A DNA stretch of 64,000 bases from Malacoraja senta (taxonomy: Eukaryota), in the NCBI GenBank assembly GCA_038087875.1, contig CM075980.1, positions 65,410,001 to 65,474,000 on the forward strand, written 5' to 3'. The notes under the pieces are model-generated. The model was not told where the DNA came from. It saw nothing but the letters and a program-made list of their open reading frames with translations, and did not search any database. Below are positions 13,916-26,600 of the stretch, in pieces (within the stretch, counting starts at the first letter, position 1; each line of letters begins with the position of its first letter). A program made the translations under genes and the position numbers.

Positions 13916-15360
13916 AGATAGACACAAAATGCTGGAGTAACTCAGCTGGTCAAGCAGCATCTCTGGAGAAAAGGAATAGGTGATGTTTTGGGGGTGAAAA
14001 CCCTTCTTCAGCCTGAAAGATAGAGAAGGCCAGAACAAAACAGGGCCAGCAACAGATGACCTCAGGAAGGTTGTAGTCCATAATGGCCCATTGTTGATTG
14101 GGGAAGATATGCTAACGCAAGGATACAAGGATTCAAACAGTGGAACTAGGTGGACACAAATGTTGGAGCAACTCAGTGGGACAAGCAGCATCTCTGGAGA
14201 GAAGGAATGGGGACGTTTCGGGTCAAGACCCTTCTTCAGTCTGAAGAAGGGTCTCGACCCGAAATGTCACCCATTCCTTCTCTCTTGAGATGCTGCCTGT
14301 CCCACTGAGTTCCTCCAACATTTTGTGTCTATCTTTGGTGTAAACCAGCATCAGTAGTTCCTTCCTACAAAGTGGAACCAGTAGGATGAATGGGGTGGGG
14401 GAGGATGGGGAGAGAGGGGGGTGGAAAGAATGCAAGAGTTACTTGAAATTAGAGAAATCAACATTCATACTGCTGGGCGTTGAAGCGAAACATACAAAGC
14501 CTCATCTATAACAGAAATGGAATATCGATGTTCACTGAATATTAAGGACTCGAATGTCCTAATATGGAACATCTCATCTTGGGAGCAAATGCGGTGAAGA
14601 CAGAGGAATTGAGAGTAAGGAATAGCATTTTTGCAAGAGATAGGGTGGGATGAAGTGTAGTCCAGATAGCTGTGGATGTTGGTAGGTTTGTAATAGATGT
14701 CCGTCGATAGTCTGTCTCCTGTGATAGAGACAGAGTAATCATTAAAGGGGAACGAAGTGTCCAAGATGGTCCAGATAAATTTGAGGGCAGGGTGAAAGTT
14801 AGTGGTGAAGTTAATAAAGTCCACGTGTTCTGCACGGGTGTAGGAGGAAGTCCTGATGCAGTCGTCAATGTTGCAGATAAAGAGTTGGGGGATAGGGCCA
14901 GTGTATGCCTGGAATTAGGACTGTTCTATGTACCCGACAAAAAGGCAGGCATAGCCTGGGCCCATACAACTGCCCATGGCCATGCCTTTGATTTGCAGAA
15001 AGTGGGAGGAGTCAAATTAGATGTTTTTGAGAGCACGGACAGGTTCCACTAGGTGGAGGAGAGTGTTAGAAGTAGAGGTAAATATGATGTATCTTTGTTT
15101 GAGGAAGAACTGAAGGTTAAGGCCCTCCCGGTGGGGGCTGGAGATGTCGAGGGACTGAATATCCTTGGTAAAGATGAGTGAACGAGGGCCTGGAAACCGA
15201 AAGTTATGAAAGAGTTGAAAAGCATGCAAGGTTTTCTGAATGTAAGGAGGGAAGGGATTGGCCAAGGGGAGATTGGATAGAATCAACCTATGTGGAGATG
15301 TGCTCAGTGGGGTATGAGCAGGCAGAAACAATGGGTCTGCTTGGGGAGGAGGAGGTAGAA
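13915..15360 (-). mobile_element. Degraded Penelope-like element
   Basis: ORF 14465-14824 (FHPALKF..TDIYYKPT..HSYLDYTSSHP) is homologous to the PLE at 4015-5349; pLTR at the left end. Confidence 0.85.
14150..14370. mobile_element. Palindromic PLE-pLTR-derived element with two inverted hammerhead cores, nested in a PLE
   Basis: Inverted arms of about 87 bp centred on T14240 (CTTCTTCAG-T-CTGAAGAAG); flanking duplication AGTGGAAC(T/C)AG. Confidence 0.85.
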
Positions 15361-15629
15361 GCGAGGATTTTATATTTTTGAAAAAAAAGAAATCCAATAT
15401 TATAAAAAATAAGATTTAGGTCTTTTCCAAATTTACTTTTAAATCATGGCCGATTTTGTAAACTACCTGGTATAGGACAGATCCTTCATTGTGTGTTCTT
15501 TCAAGATAGTTTTCATTTCTTTATACAAGTAGATTTTAAGTAAAATGTGTTTTTGTCCAACGTGCATTATTCTAAAGCAGCAATTCTTTAAATTAAGACG
15601 ACAAACCAGCACACTTGGTTAACACCTAC

Positions 15630-15791
15630 CAGTTTCAGTAATACCACCATTCACAACTACTTTGTTTTTTTCATCTCGGATTAAACCATAACTATTTGCT
15701 TTCTGTACTAGATATAGCTTCCTTTCCTTGTCGTAGTCCAAAACACCAACAAAAAACCACCTGTAGCCAAGTGAGTCACTTTTGGGATCAT
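15630..15791 (-). CDS. DNAH1: DNAH1 coding exon (DPKSDSLGYRWFFVGVLDYDKERKLYLVQK...NGGITET), not in the ORF track
   Basis: CTACAG acceptor and G|GTAGGT donor; 162 nt, phase 1/1; VGVLDYD...KLYLV motif. Confidence 0.92.
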
Positions 15792-16488
15792 CTGTAGATT
15801 AAGAAAAATCATTTATTTTTAAAAATGCTAATACTGATTATCCAAACAAGAATTACATTATCATTTCTGCATTTTTATTTAATTTATCAAGATAAAGGCA
15901 CAACACTCAAATATTAACCTAGAAATTAAATAAGCCTGAAATGGCACACTCAAATATTTGTAAAATTAAAACAGATATTTTTGGTTTTCATCAAGACCCA
16001 TTCCCTGCACATCAAAGGTTTTCTATAATATAATGTATAATTACTAGAATGAAATTAATAAAGTATCCATTAAATAATTTTTTAATTAAAATAATTTATC
16101 ATCAATGTGAACGATGAAATTGCTTATGTTGGGAAAGTATTTCGGCAAAATATGGCTCTGTAGTTGTTAATTTCAACCTCAGTTGCAGTTCGACATCTAA
16201 TATGCCTGTTGCAGTGCAAATTGTTTAGGTGCCGGAGCTGTCAAACAGGGCATAATTTCAGGTTTTGCTTGGGGTGAGGGGGCAAGCTAGTCTCCCAAGA
16301 GAGGCAAACAAGATTATAGCCTATCACTACATCCCAGCATATAACATACAATAAAACATATAATACTTAATTTAATAATATGACAAAATATTGCACGGTT
16401 GCACTCACTAATTATCATGAAATATAATTATCAAGCAAGTAAAGAAAAAGACGGTAATCATGTATTTTTACAGAGGTGCCGGCCGGCA

Positions 16489-17220
16489 CCAACTCACCCT
16501 GACTCTCCCGCAGCTCTGGACACACGCACTCACTCACTCACTCACTCACTCACTCACTCACTCACTCACTCAATCACCCACTCAATCACCCACCTACTCA
16601 CCCACCTACTCACTCACTCACCCACTCACTCATCCACTCACACTTGCAATGGATCACAACTCTACTTCATTCGATGCCAGATCCACACCTTCAACAAACG
16701 CTTCCTCGCCTATCTGGACACTACCAAGAATCGCAAGCTTGCCTCCCTCCAGACCGGTGCCTCCACTGACACTCCTCGATTCGACCACCCGCCCGCAGGC
16801 CTGGAGCTCCACCGCTGGACCGCAGCGCCGCCTGCCCGACCACCACGAGGCCGAGATGGCCACCACGAGGAGCAGCAACAACACCGCCTCTCCGACCCTC
16901 ACTGCCTTCCCGGCTAATCCCAGGCCCGGACCACCGAAACTGCCGCGGCTGCCGACTCTCACCGCCTCCCTGGGGCCATTGCTGCTACCGCCAACCTTCA
17001 CTGTCTTCCCGGGGCCACCGATGCTGCTGCCGCCGACCCATATCTCTACTCCAGCCCCCCACGGGCCTCCACCAATGACTCCGCCGACCCCCGCCTCTCC
17101 ACCGGCCACCAGCGGGCCGTAGGCGTCACCTCACCAGAGTTCTAGGCTCAGCACCAGGCCCACAACCTCCACAATGCAGACAGCATGATGTCTGACTCTG
17201 CTGGGTCCTATTGATCCTCC
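16489..17220 (+). mobile_element. Probable PLE ORF N-terminal fragment containing an expanded (CACT)n microsatellite (about 16527-16640)
   Basis: TCNGSQLYFIRCQIHTFNKRFLAYLDTTKNRKL followed by a Pro/Thr-rich linker; GC-rich compared with the flanks; family assignment from memory. Confidence 0.5.
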
Positions 17221-17679
17221 AGCCCCCCCCCCCCCCCCCCCCCCCTCCTACAGGGAACCTCAGTAGTGATGGGTCTTCCCCTTCCCCCTCTTTCAATCAG
17301 GTTACCCCGACCACAGACCTGCTAGTTAAAATTCCCACTTTTTTGGGGGGCTTTATTTTTACAGAGATGCCGGAGCGGCGCTCTGGTGAGCTCCGGCAGC
17401 ACTGCACCCCTGAGTTGTCGTGCGGGAGTCTGCAAACTACCCAAATACAGCAGCTATCACAACTTGAGTAGGAGAATTCCAACAAAATATATAATTTATT
17501 TGCAAATATGTAAGTATAAAATAAGTCGTAACCACAGTATTTTTTTCCAATAATGAATCTATGTTTCAGTAGTACATAGCTGAAAATTGCTGCGTACCCC
17601 CTGAAGACCTTTCGCGTACCCCTGGGGGTACTCATACTCCACTTTGGGGAAAACTGCCCTGGAGTATAGTGTCATATGG

Positions 17680-18990
17680 CAGGGCAATAGGCCATTCGGC
17701 TCAATTTGCTCATGCTGATCAAGATCCCTCATCGAAGCTAGTTCAATTTGCTCGTGTTTGGTCCATACTCCTGTAAATCTTTCCTATCCTCATCAAATAG
17801 CTTTAAAAAGTTGTTATTGTATCTGCCTTAACAATTTCCCCTCGCAGCTTGTTACATTTTTCCACCACTCTGAAAAAGTTTCCCCTCACATTCCCATTAT
17901 ATCTTTCCCCTCTCATCTTAAACCTATGTCCTCTCATTCTTAATTCCCTTATCCTGGGAAAAAGACACTGTGCATTCACACATCTATTCCCCTCATGGTT
18001 TTATACACCTTTATAAGATTGCCTCATGGAAAAAAGTCCTAGTCTGCCCAAACTCTCTGTAACTCTGGCCCTCAAGCCCTGACAATATCCTTGTAAATCT
18101 TCTCTGATCTCTTTCCAGCCGAATGGCATCATTCATATAGTAGTGCAACCACAATTGAACACAATACTCCAATTGTAGCCTCTCCAAAGTCTTGTATGAG
18201 TGTAATATACCGTCCCAACACCTATGCTAATTTGTCTAACTGATGAAGGCCAGCCTACCAAAAGCCTTCTTCACCACCCAGAGAATTATATACTTGTACC
18301 CCTCAATCAATCTACTCTAACAACACCTTTCCTGTGGCCGGGACACTCCCGCCGCGCGGCTGGCCAATCATCCCGTCTTTCCAGATGCACTTATCCCTCA
18401 AAATTCCCTCCAGTAATTTTCCTACCAGAGATGTCAGGCTTCCTTGTTTTTACTGACCAGAGACTTGATTTCTCTCGTGGAACACTAATCTCTCCCTTGT
18501 TACCCTTTTTCCCTTAATATACATCAAATCTCTTTGGATTCTCCTTAATCTTATCTGCCAAAGCTTCCTTATGCTCCCCTTTGGCCTCCTGATTTTCTTC
18601 TTATATATGCTCCTTAATCCCCTATACTCCTCCAGGGATACACTTGATTCCACCTGCCTATACCTGACCCATGCCGCCTTTTTACTGACCAGAGGCTCGA
18701 TTTCTCTCGTCACCAGATTCCTTATCTGTCTTGCTCTTCACTCTAACAGGAACATGCATGCCATAACTATTTTAGAGCTAATAGAAATGTGGTCGCTGCT
18801 CCCCAAAGACTCCCCCACGGTCTCTTTGGTCACTTGCAATGCCCAATTGCCTAAGAGTAGGTCAAACTTTGCCATCTCCTATGTGGAGTCTATATACTGC
18901 TTGAGGAAACCTTCCTGATCACACTTGACAAATTCCACCTAATCTAAGCTCTTAACCATATTGGAAAAGTTAAAATTCCTGAGTATGACA
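17680..18990 (-). mobile_element. Degraded CR1 LINE fragments
   Basis: CR1 3' tail in reverse; WMTREIE..VSKK..AWVRYRQ linker peptide. Confidence 0.75.
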
Positions 18991-19129
18991 TCCATATATA
19001 GATACAAAGAAAAATATACGTAACTTTCTTTACAGACATATTATAAATGAACATATGACCTGGTAAGATCTAAGAATTGTATACTATTAATGCACTATCT
19101 TTAGATATAATGGGATAAATCTTCAGCAA

Positions 19130-19820
19130 AATAAAAGTGGTAGAGGAACTCTGCAGGTCAGGCAGCAGCTGTGGAGGGAATGGATACTTTGTTTCTGGTT
19201 GGGACCCTTCTTCAGACTGCAGTGGAGAGAAAGTTAGAAAAGAGAGGTGGAGGTGGAGCAAAACCTGACAAGTGCGAGGGAGATGTAGGTGAGGAGGTGT
19301 GATTGGCAGATGGGTGACAAAGGCTAGAGCTGAAAATTAGATAAATGGGTGTCTGATAAGGAAAGGAGGAGTGAAATGTAAATCTGGAGGGAAGGATATG
19401 GGTGGAAGACAGAAAGATAAAAGGGAAATGGACTCAGGGAAGGGTTCATCATACAGAAGAGAGGGAAAGAGAACAGGGTGGTGGGAGTTTGTGGGAGCAA
19501 TGTGTGTGTACGGGGTGGGTGGGGGTTGCGGGTATTACCTGAAAGTGAAGAATTCAAGTAGTCTACCCAAGAGGAGTATGAGATGCTATTCTTCCAATTT
19601 GTATGTGGCCTCACTCTAGTAATGGAGGAGGCCAATGACAGAAAGGTCGGTATGGGAATGGGAAGGGAAGTTAAAACAGTTAGCAACATGGGAGTTCAAG
19701 CAGGCCTTGGCAGAAAGATTGCGTGTTCAGCGAAAAGTACGCGCAATCTACGTTTTGTGTTGCCAATGTAAAGGAAGCCTCATCGAGACTACCAAATGCA
19801 ATTGAAGAGGATGGAAGAGA
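19130..19820 (-). mobile_element. Degraded PLE 3' end (GIY-YIG end and pLTR)
   Basis: Reverse-strand homology to 4900-5340. Confidence 0.7.
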
Positions 19821-20229
19821 ATAGATCTTGAGTTTGTACTAGGGTATTAAATCAGTGGTAGCAAATCAGGAGCTCCTTTTTCATCTACACAAATTATTCT
19901 TTGATTAACCAAAATGGAAATAAAATCCAAATTATCAATATGGCTTCTAGTTCACTTTCATCATTTTATACTTAATTAACCTATTGACATGAACTCATTA
20001 AATACTGCAAATATTTGTACATTTAAAATATATTTAGAAATAAACAGATTTTGACATGAGAGTTTTTAAAACATTTAAAAATACTGTTTTAGTCATCACT
20101 TTTAGTTGCTCCCAGAAACAGAATAACAGATGACATTTAAAATTATACAGACAAAAACAAAATGCTAGAAAATTGAAAAGAAATAATTCAATGCAAAAGA
20201 TATCCAACATAATATTCTAATATACGTAC

Positions 20230-20362
20230 CATGCCCCAACTTGTCATCTTTGGGTAGAAGCGCATTCCCTGGAATGGGCTTCCTATCATTAGATCCCTCC
20301 TCATAGCCAAGTTCTAACCACTCATTCGGTGTGCGACTTTCAAATTCTTCATCATCAAACAC
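20230..20362 (-). CDS. DNAH1: DNAH1 coding exon (VFDDEEFESRTPNEWLELGYEEGSNDRKPIPGNALLPKDDKLGH)
   Basis: CTACAG acceptor and G|GTACGT donor; strong recalled similarity to DNAH1 VFDNEDFDCRTPREW...RKPVPGKALLP. Confidence 0.93.
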
Positions 20363-21060
20363 CTGTAGCGCATTAAGTGTAAACCATAGCTGTTAATGTT
20401 TGTTCAATGAAAGACAATGATAATTGTCTGAAGAAGGGACCTGTCTGAAGAAGTGTCCCGACCCAAAACATCACCTATCCATTTTCTCCAGAGACGCTGC
20501 CTGACCCGCCGAGGCAAGGTCAATTGTCAAGGGCAGACAAACCAAACCCAATCCCAGCTCCTACACCTGGATGGCAACCAGTAAATAAGCAACGACACCA
20601 TACATTTCAGTCTCAGATGATGTACTGATAAAGTGTTGCCTTCACTTTCCGTCATTTAACCACAGCAGCTATAGTACACATACTCACTTCTACGCTTCCT
20701 TCTCTCTTCCAAATGAAGATGGCATCCATCTACTATTTCAACTGCAAAGGTAGGCAATCCAAACTCCTTGGTAAGAACGTGATAGATCTTTTTCACCACT
20801 TCCACTGAAAATATAGGAATTCTATTGTCCTTGTATGTTTGGAGAGAAATATTGCTCCATTATAGTCTTGCGGGACAGACTTTCTAGGCCGACTCTTTCT
20901 TTCACCTCCTCTCTCAGCCTCTTCTTTAAGGAGGCAATGGTTATACAATCAGAGAGTAATACAGCATGGCAACAGGCCCCTCAGCCCAACTCTTGCCACA
21001 TTGACCAGATGTCCATCTAAGCTAATTCCATTTAGGTCTGGCCATATCCCTTGAACCTTT

Positions 21061-21180
21061 GTAGCAGTTTGTTTTGTATTGTAGCAGTTTGTTTTGTATT
21101 GTAGCAGTTTGTTTTGTATTGTAGCAGTTTGTTTTGTATTGTAGCAGCTTGTTTTGTATTGTAGCAGGTTGTTTTGTATT
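21061..21180 (+). repeat. Six copies of the 20-bp tandem repeat GTAGCAGTTTGTTTTGTATT at the CR1 5' end
   Basis: Directly visible; lies inside the TSD. Confidence 0.95.
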
Positions 21181-21200
21181 ATATCCAGGGTAAGGGGAGT

Positions 21201-22136
21201 ATGAGGGCCAGGGCAGTTTACTGTTCTGGATGTCAGATGTGGGAAGTCATGGAGTCTGATAGCCCTCCAGACGTCCACATCTGCGTCAGGTGTATCGAGA
21301 TGGGGCTCCTAATGGACCGTATTAGGAACCTGGAGCAGCAGCTCGATGACCTCCGTCTGGTCAGGGAGAGCGAGGAAGTCATTGAGAGGAGTTACAGGGA
21401 TGTGGTCACTCCAACACCACAGGAGGCAGGCAAGTGGATCACGGTTGGGAGAGGCAAGGGGCACAGGCAGGGACTAGAGAGTACCCCGGTGGCTGTACAC
21501 CTTGACAATAAGTACTCCTGTTTGAGCACTGTTGGGGTGGACAGCCTACCTGGGGGTAGCGACAGCGGCCGGGCCTCCAGTATAGAGACCGGTCCTGTTG
21601 CTCAGAAGGGTAAGGAAAAGAAGAGGAGGGCAATATTAATAGGGGACTCTATAGTTAGGGGGTCAGACAGGCGATTCTGTGGACGCAGTCGGGAGACCCG
21701 GATGGTAGTTTGCCTCCCAGGTGCCAGGGTCTGTGATGTGTCTCAACGTGTCCAAGACATCCTGAAAGGGCAGGGAGAGGAGCCCGAGGTCGTGATACAT
21801 ATAGGTACCAATGACATAGGTAAAAAAAGAGAAGAGGTCCTGAAAGGAGAATTTAGGGAGTTAGGAGGGGAGTTAAAGCGAAGGACAGCAAAGGTAACAA
21901 TCTCGGGATTACTGCCTGTACCACGTGACAGTGAGAGTAGGAATGGAGCGAGGTGGAGGATAAATGCGTGGCTGAAGGACTGGTGCAGAAGGCAGGGATT
22001 CAAATTTCTGGATCATTGGGACTTCTTTTGTGGAAGGTTCGACCTGTACAAAAAGGATGGGTTGCACTTGAACCTGAGGGGGACCGATATCCTGGCGGGG
22101 AGATCTGCAAAGGCTACTGGGGAGACTTTAAACTAG
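21201..22136 (+). CDS. CR1 ORF1p: Cys-rich zinc finger, leucine zipper and SGNH esterase
   Basis: CxxC...CxxC, heptad leucines, GDSIVR / HIGTND / DGLHL esterase motifs. Confidence 0.9.
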   Translation: MRARAVYCSGCQMWEVMESDSPPDVHICVRCIEMGLLMDRIRNLEQQLDDLRLVRESEEVIERSYRDVVTPTPQEAGKWITVGRGKGHRQGLESTPVAVHLDNKYSCLSTVGVDSLPGGSDSGRASSIETGPVAQKGKEKKRRAILIGDSIVRGSDRRFCGRSRETRMVVCLPGARVCDVSQRVQDILKGQGEEPEVVIHIGTNDIGKKREEVLKGEFRELGGELKRRTAKVTISGLLPVPRDSESRNGARWRINAWLKDWCRRQGFKFLDHWDFFCGRFDLYKKDGLHLNLRGTDILAGRSAKATGETLN

Positions 22137-22315
22137 AATGGTTGGGGGGAGGGACTCAAATAGAGAATGCTATTAGACAGTGTGTGAGGCAGGAGGCAGA
22201 GAAGGAAAGCACTCAGACCCAACATGTAGGGGGGAAAGAAGAAAACAATAATAAACAGAGAATAAGAGGTGGTGGGGTTCTTAAATGGGTGAGCAGAGAA
22301 ACAGAGGGGTGTAAA

Positions 22316-25248
22316 ATGCGGGCGGAAGCAATAGGTAGCAAGGTGAAAGGTAAAAGTGGCAGGCAGACAAATCCAGGGCAAAAATCAAAAAGAGCCACTT
22401 TTCAACATAATTGTATAAGGGGTAAGAGCGTTGTAAAAACAAGCCTGAAGGCTTTGTGTCTCAATGCAAGGAGCATTCGTAATAAGGTGGATGAGTTGAA
22501 CGTGCAGATAGCAATTAATGATTATGATATAGTTGGGATCACGGAGACATGGCTCCAAGGTGACCAAGGCTGGGAGCTGAACATCCAGGGATATTCAATA
22601 TTCAGGAGGGATAGAGAGAAGGGAAAAGGAGGTGGGGTAGCGTTGCTGGTTAGAGAGGAGATTAACGCAGTGGAAAGGAAGGACATTAGCTTGGAGGATG
22701 TGGAATCGGTATGGGTAGAGCTGCGAAACACTAAGGGGCAGAAAACGCTGGTGGGTGTTGTGTACAGGCCACCTAGCAGTAGTAGTGAAGTTGGGGATGG
22801 CATCAAACAGGAAATTAGAAATGCGTGCAACAAAGGCAAAACAGTTATAATGGGTGACTTCAACCTACATATAGATTGGGTGAATCAAATTGGCAGGGGT
22901 GCTGAGGAAGAGGATTTCTTGGAATGTATGAGGGATAGTTATCTAAACCAACATGTAGAGGAACCAACGAGAGAGCAGGCTATTCTAGACTGGGTATTGA
23001 GTAATGAGGAAGGGTTAGCAGACTTGTTGTGCGTGCCCCCTTGGGCAAGAGTGATCATAATATGGTTGAGTTCTTCATTAGGATGGAGAGTGACATTGTT
23101 AATTCAGAAACAACGGTTCTGAACTTAAAGAAAGGTAACTTTAAGGGTATGAGACGTGAATTGGCCAAGATTGACTGGCAATTAGTTCTAAAAGGGTTGA
23201 CGGTGGATATGCAATGGAAGGCATTTAAAGACTGCATGGATGAACTACAAAAATTGTTCATCCCAGTTTGGCAAAAGAATAAATCAAGGAAGGTAGTGCA
23301 TCCGTGGATAACAAGGGAAATCAGGGATAGTATCAAAGCAAAAGATGATGCGTACAAATTAGCCAGAAAAAGCAGCATACTAGAGGACTGGGAGAAATTC
23401 AGAGACCAGCAGAGGAGGACAAAGGGCTTAATTAGGAAAGGGAAAATAGATTATGAAAGGAAACTGGCAGGGAACATAAAAACTGACTGCAAAAGTTTTT
23501 ATAGATATGTGAAGAGAAAGAGATTAGTTAAATCAAATGTAGGTCCCTTGCAGTCAGAAACAGGTGAATTGATCATGGGGAACAAGGATATGGCAGACCA
23601 ATTGAATAACTACTTTGGTTCCGTCTTCACTAAGGAAGACATAAATAATCTGCCGGAAATAGCAGGGGGCCGCGGGTCAAAGGAGATGGAGGAACTGAGT
23701 GAAATCCAGGTTAGTCGGGAAGTGGTGTTGGGTAAATTGAATGGATTAAAGGCCGATAAATCACCAGGGCCAGATAGGCTGCATCCCAGAGTACTTAAGG
23801 AAGTAGCTCCAGAAATAGTGGATGCATTAGTGATAATTTTTCAAAACTCTTTAGATTCTGGAGTAGTTCCTGAGGATTGGAGGGTAGCAAACGTAACCCC
23901 ACTTTTTAAGAAGGGAGGGAGAGAGAAAATGGGGAATTACAGACCAGTTAGTCTAACATCGGTAGTGGGGAAACTGCTAGAGTCAGTTATTAAAGATGGG
24001 ATAGCAGCACATTTGGAAAGTGGTGAAATCATTGGACAAAGTCAGCATGGATTTACGAAAGGTAAATCGTGTCTGACGAATCTTATAGAATTTTTCGAGG
24101 ATGTAACTAGTAGAGTGGATAGGGGAGAACCAGTGGATGTGTTGTATCTGGACTTTCAGAAGGCTTTCGACAAGGTACCACATAAGAGATTAGGATACAA
24201 ACTTAAATCACACGGTATTGGGGGTTCAGTATTGATGTGGATAGAGAACTGGCTGGCAAACAGGAAGCAAAGAGTAGGAGTAAACGGGTCCTTTTCACAA
24301 TGGCAGGCAGTGACTAGTGGGGTACCGCAAGGCTCAGTGCTGGGACCCCAGCTATTTACAATTTATATTAATGATCTGGACGAGGGAATTGAAAGCAACA
24401 TCTCCAAGTTTGCGGATGACACTAAGCTGGGGGGCAGTGTTAGCTGTGAGGAGGATGCTAGGAGACTGCAAGGTGACTTGGATAGGCTGGGTGAGTGGGC
24501 AAATGTTTGGCAGATGCAGTATAATGTGGATAAATGTGAGGTTATCCACTTTGGTAGCAAAAACGGGAAGGCAGACTATTATCTAAATGGTGGCCGATTA
24601 GGAAATGGGGAGATGCAGCGAGACCTGGGTGTCATGGTACACCAGTCATTGAAAGTAGGCATGCAGGTGCAGCAGGCAGTGAAGAAAGCGAATGGTATGT
24701 TGGCCTTCATAGCAAGAGGATTTGAGTATAGGAGCAGGGAGGTTCTACTGCAGTTGTACAGGGTCTTGGTGAGACCACACCTGGAGTATTGCGTACAGTT
24801 TTGGTCTCCAAATCTGAGGAAGGACATTATAGCCATAGAGGGAGTGCAGAGAAGGTTCACCAGACTGATTCCTGGGATGTCAGGACTTTCATATGAAGAA
24901 AGACTGGATAGACTTGGCTTATACTCGCTAGAATTTAGGAGATTGAGAGGGGATCTTATAGAAACGTACAAAATTCTTATGGGGTTGGACAGGCTAGATG
25001 CAGGAAGATTGTTCCCGATGTTGGGGAAGTCCAGGACAAGGGGTCACAGCTTAAGGATAAGGGGGAAATCCTTTAAGACCGAGATGAGGAAAAACTTTTT
25101 CACACAGAGAGTGGTGAATCTCTGGAACTCTCTGCCACAGAGGGTAGTTGAGGCCAGTTCATTGGCTATATTTAAGAGGGAATTAGATGTGGCCCTTGTG
25201 GCTAAAGGGATCAGGGGGTATGGAGAGAAGGCAGGTACGGGATACTGA
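22316..25248 (+). pseudogene. CR1 ORF2 (APE endonuclease and reverse transcriptase), frameshifted
   Basis: LNARSI, GITETW, MGDFN, SDHN, YLDFQKAFDKV, GVPQGSVLGP, KFADD; split across ORFs 21953-23122 and 23029-25248. Confidence 0.9.
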
Positions 25249-25332
25249 GTTGGATGATCAGCCATGATCGTATTGAATGGCGGTGCAGGCTCGAAGGGCC
25301 GAATGGCCTACTCCTGCACCTATTTTCTATGT

Positions 25333-26600
25333 AACCTTTCCTATCCATTTACCTATCTAAATGCCTTTTAAGTATTGTTACTGTACCTGCCTCCACTACT
25401 TCCTCTGGCATCCCATCCATTTACGCACCACCCTACATGAGAAGAAATTGCCTCTCGGGTCCATCTCAAATCTTTGCCCTCTCACCTTAAACCTATACCC
25501 TCAAGTTTCTGATTCCCATTTCTTGGGAAAAAGACTGTACATTTATCCTTTCTATGCCCCTCATGTTTTTTTTTTACACATTTTAAAGTCACTCTTCAGT
25601 CTCCTGCACTCCAAGAAATAAAATCCTTGCCTCACCAACTTCTCCCAATAAATCAGGCCCTCAAATCCTGACAGCATATTCATAAATCTTCTTTGCACAC
25701 TTTCCAGCTTAATGACATCTTCCCTACAGCAGGGTAACCAAAACCAACCAAACATTACATAATACTCCAAGTACGGCCTCATCAGCATCTTTTACAATTG
25801 CAACCTAACGTCCCAACTCTTATACTCGTTGTCCTGACTGATGAAGGCCAGCATGCTAATGGCCTCCTTCACCACCCTGTCTACAAGTAATACGTTCCAC
25901 TTTCAGGAAACTGTGTACTTGTACTCCCAGGGTCACTGTGACAGTCTTACCCTAGTTTGACTTCCCAAAATACAGCACCTCAAACTTTGAATTGAATGTT
26001 GTTTGCCATTCCTCAACCCACTTTTCCAGATGATCAAGAGTCCACTGTATTTGTTGATAACTTGGCTCACTCTCCACTATATCACCAATTTTATCTGTAA
26101 ACGTGCTAACCACGTGCTAACCAAACGTGCAAACGTACATTCTTATCCAAACTGTTTAAGTTAATGACAAACAACAATGGGCCCAGCATTAATCTCTGAC
26201 ATCACTCATTACAAGATTATCACTCATTCCAGGCTTCCAGGTTTCCAGCATCACCTTCTGCTTAATTCCATCACGCCAATATGTATCCAATTATTTAGCT
26301 CACCCTGGTTCCCATGTGATCAAAACTTCCAAATTAGCCTACCCTGTGGGACCTTGACAAAAACATTAATTTCTCCCACTTATTCTTATAGGTATTAGCA
26401 ATCTCCCTGCACATCTGCTCCTCTAATTCCCACTGACTATTGGGAGGTGGGGAGGGGGGGGATCATCCCTTCTTGTTTCTAACCCACCCATATAGCTTCA
26501 CTGGATGACCCCCCCCCCAAGAATATCACTTCTAACGGCTGTGGTTGTGTCCTCCCTTATCAGAAAGCCAACGTCCCTCCTCTTTTTGAATTTTTGTAGT
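25333..26600 (-). mobile_element. Older CR1 (continues at about 20950-21060), split by the young CR1
   Basis: LMRPYLEY..F W.P...DVIKLESVQRRF on the minus strand; the sequence is continuous across the TSD. Confidence 0.8.

Larger units (their letters stand above)
21061..25332 (+). mobile_element. Near full-length young CR1 (HER1-like) LINE
   Basis: Intact ORF1, APE-RT ORF2 with one frameshift near 23020, 3' end GGCCTACTCCTGCACCTATTTTCTATGT; TSD AACCTTT (21054-21060 and 25333-25339) inside an older antisense CR1. Confidence 0.95.

Noticed and set aside
16399-17122. Thr/His/Pro-rich ORFs as host genes
   Set aside because: Explained by the (CACT)n repeat plus a retroelement fragment
16205-17660. 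Complete DNA transposon(s) around the PLE fragment (AGGTGCCGG repeats, Charlie-like end near 17656)
   Set aside because: Matching TIR pairs and TSDs could not be established by eye
21061-21180. CRISPR-like array
   Set aside because: Head-to-tail repeats with no spacers, in a eukaryotic context
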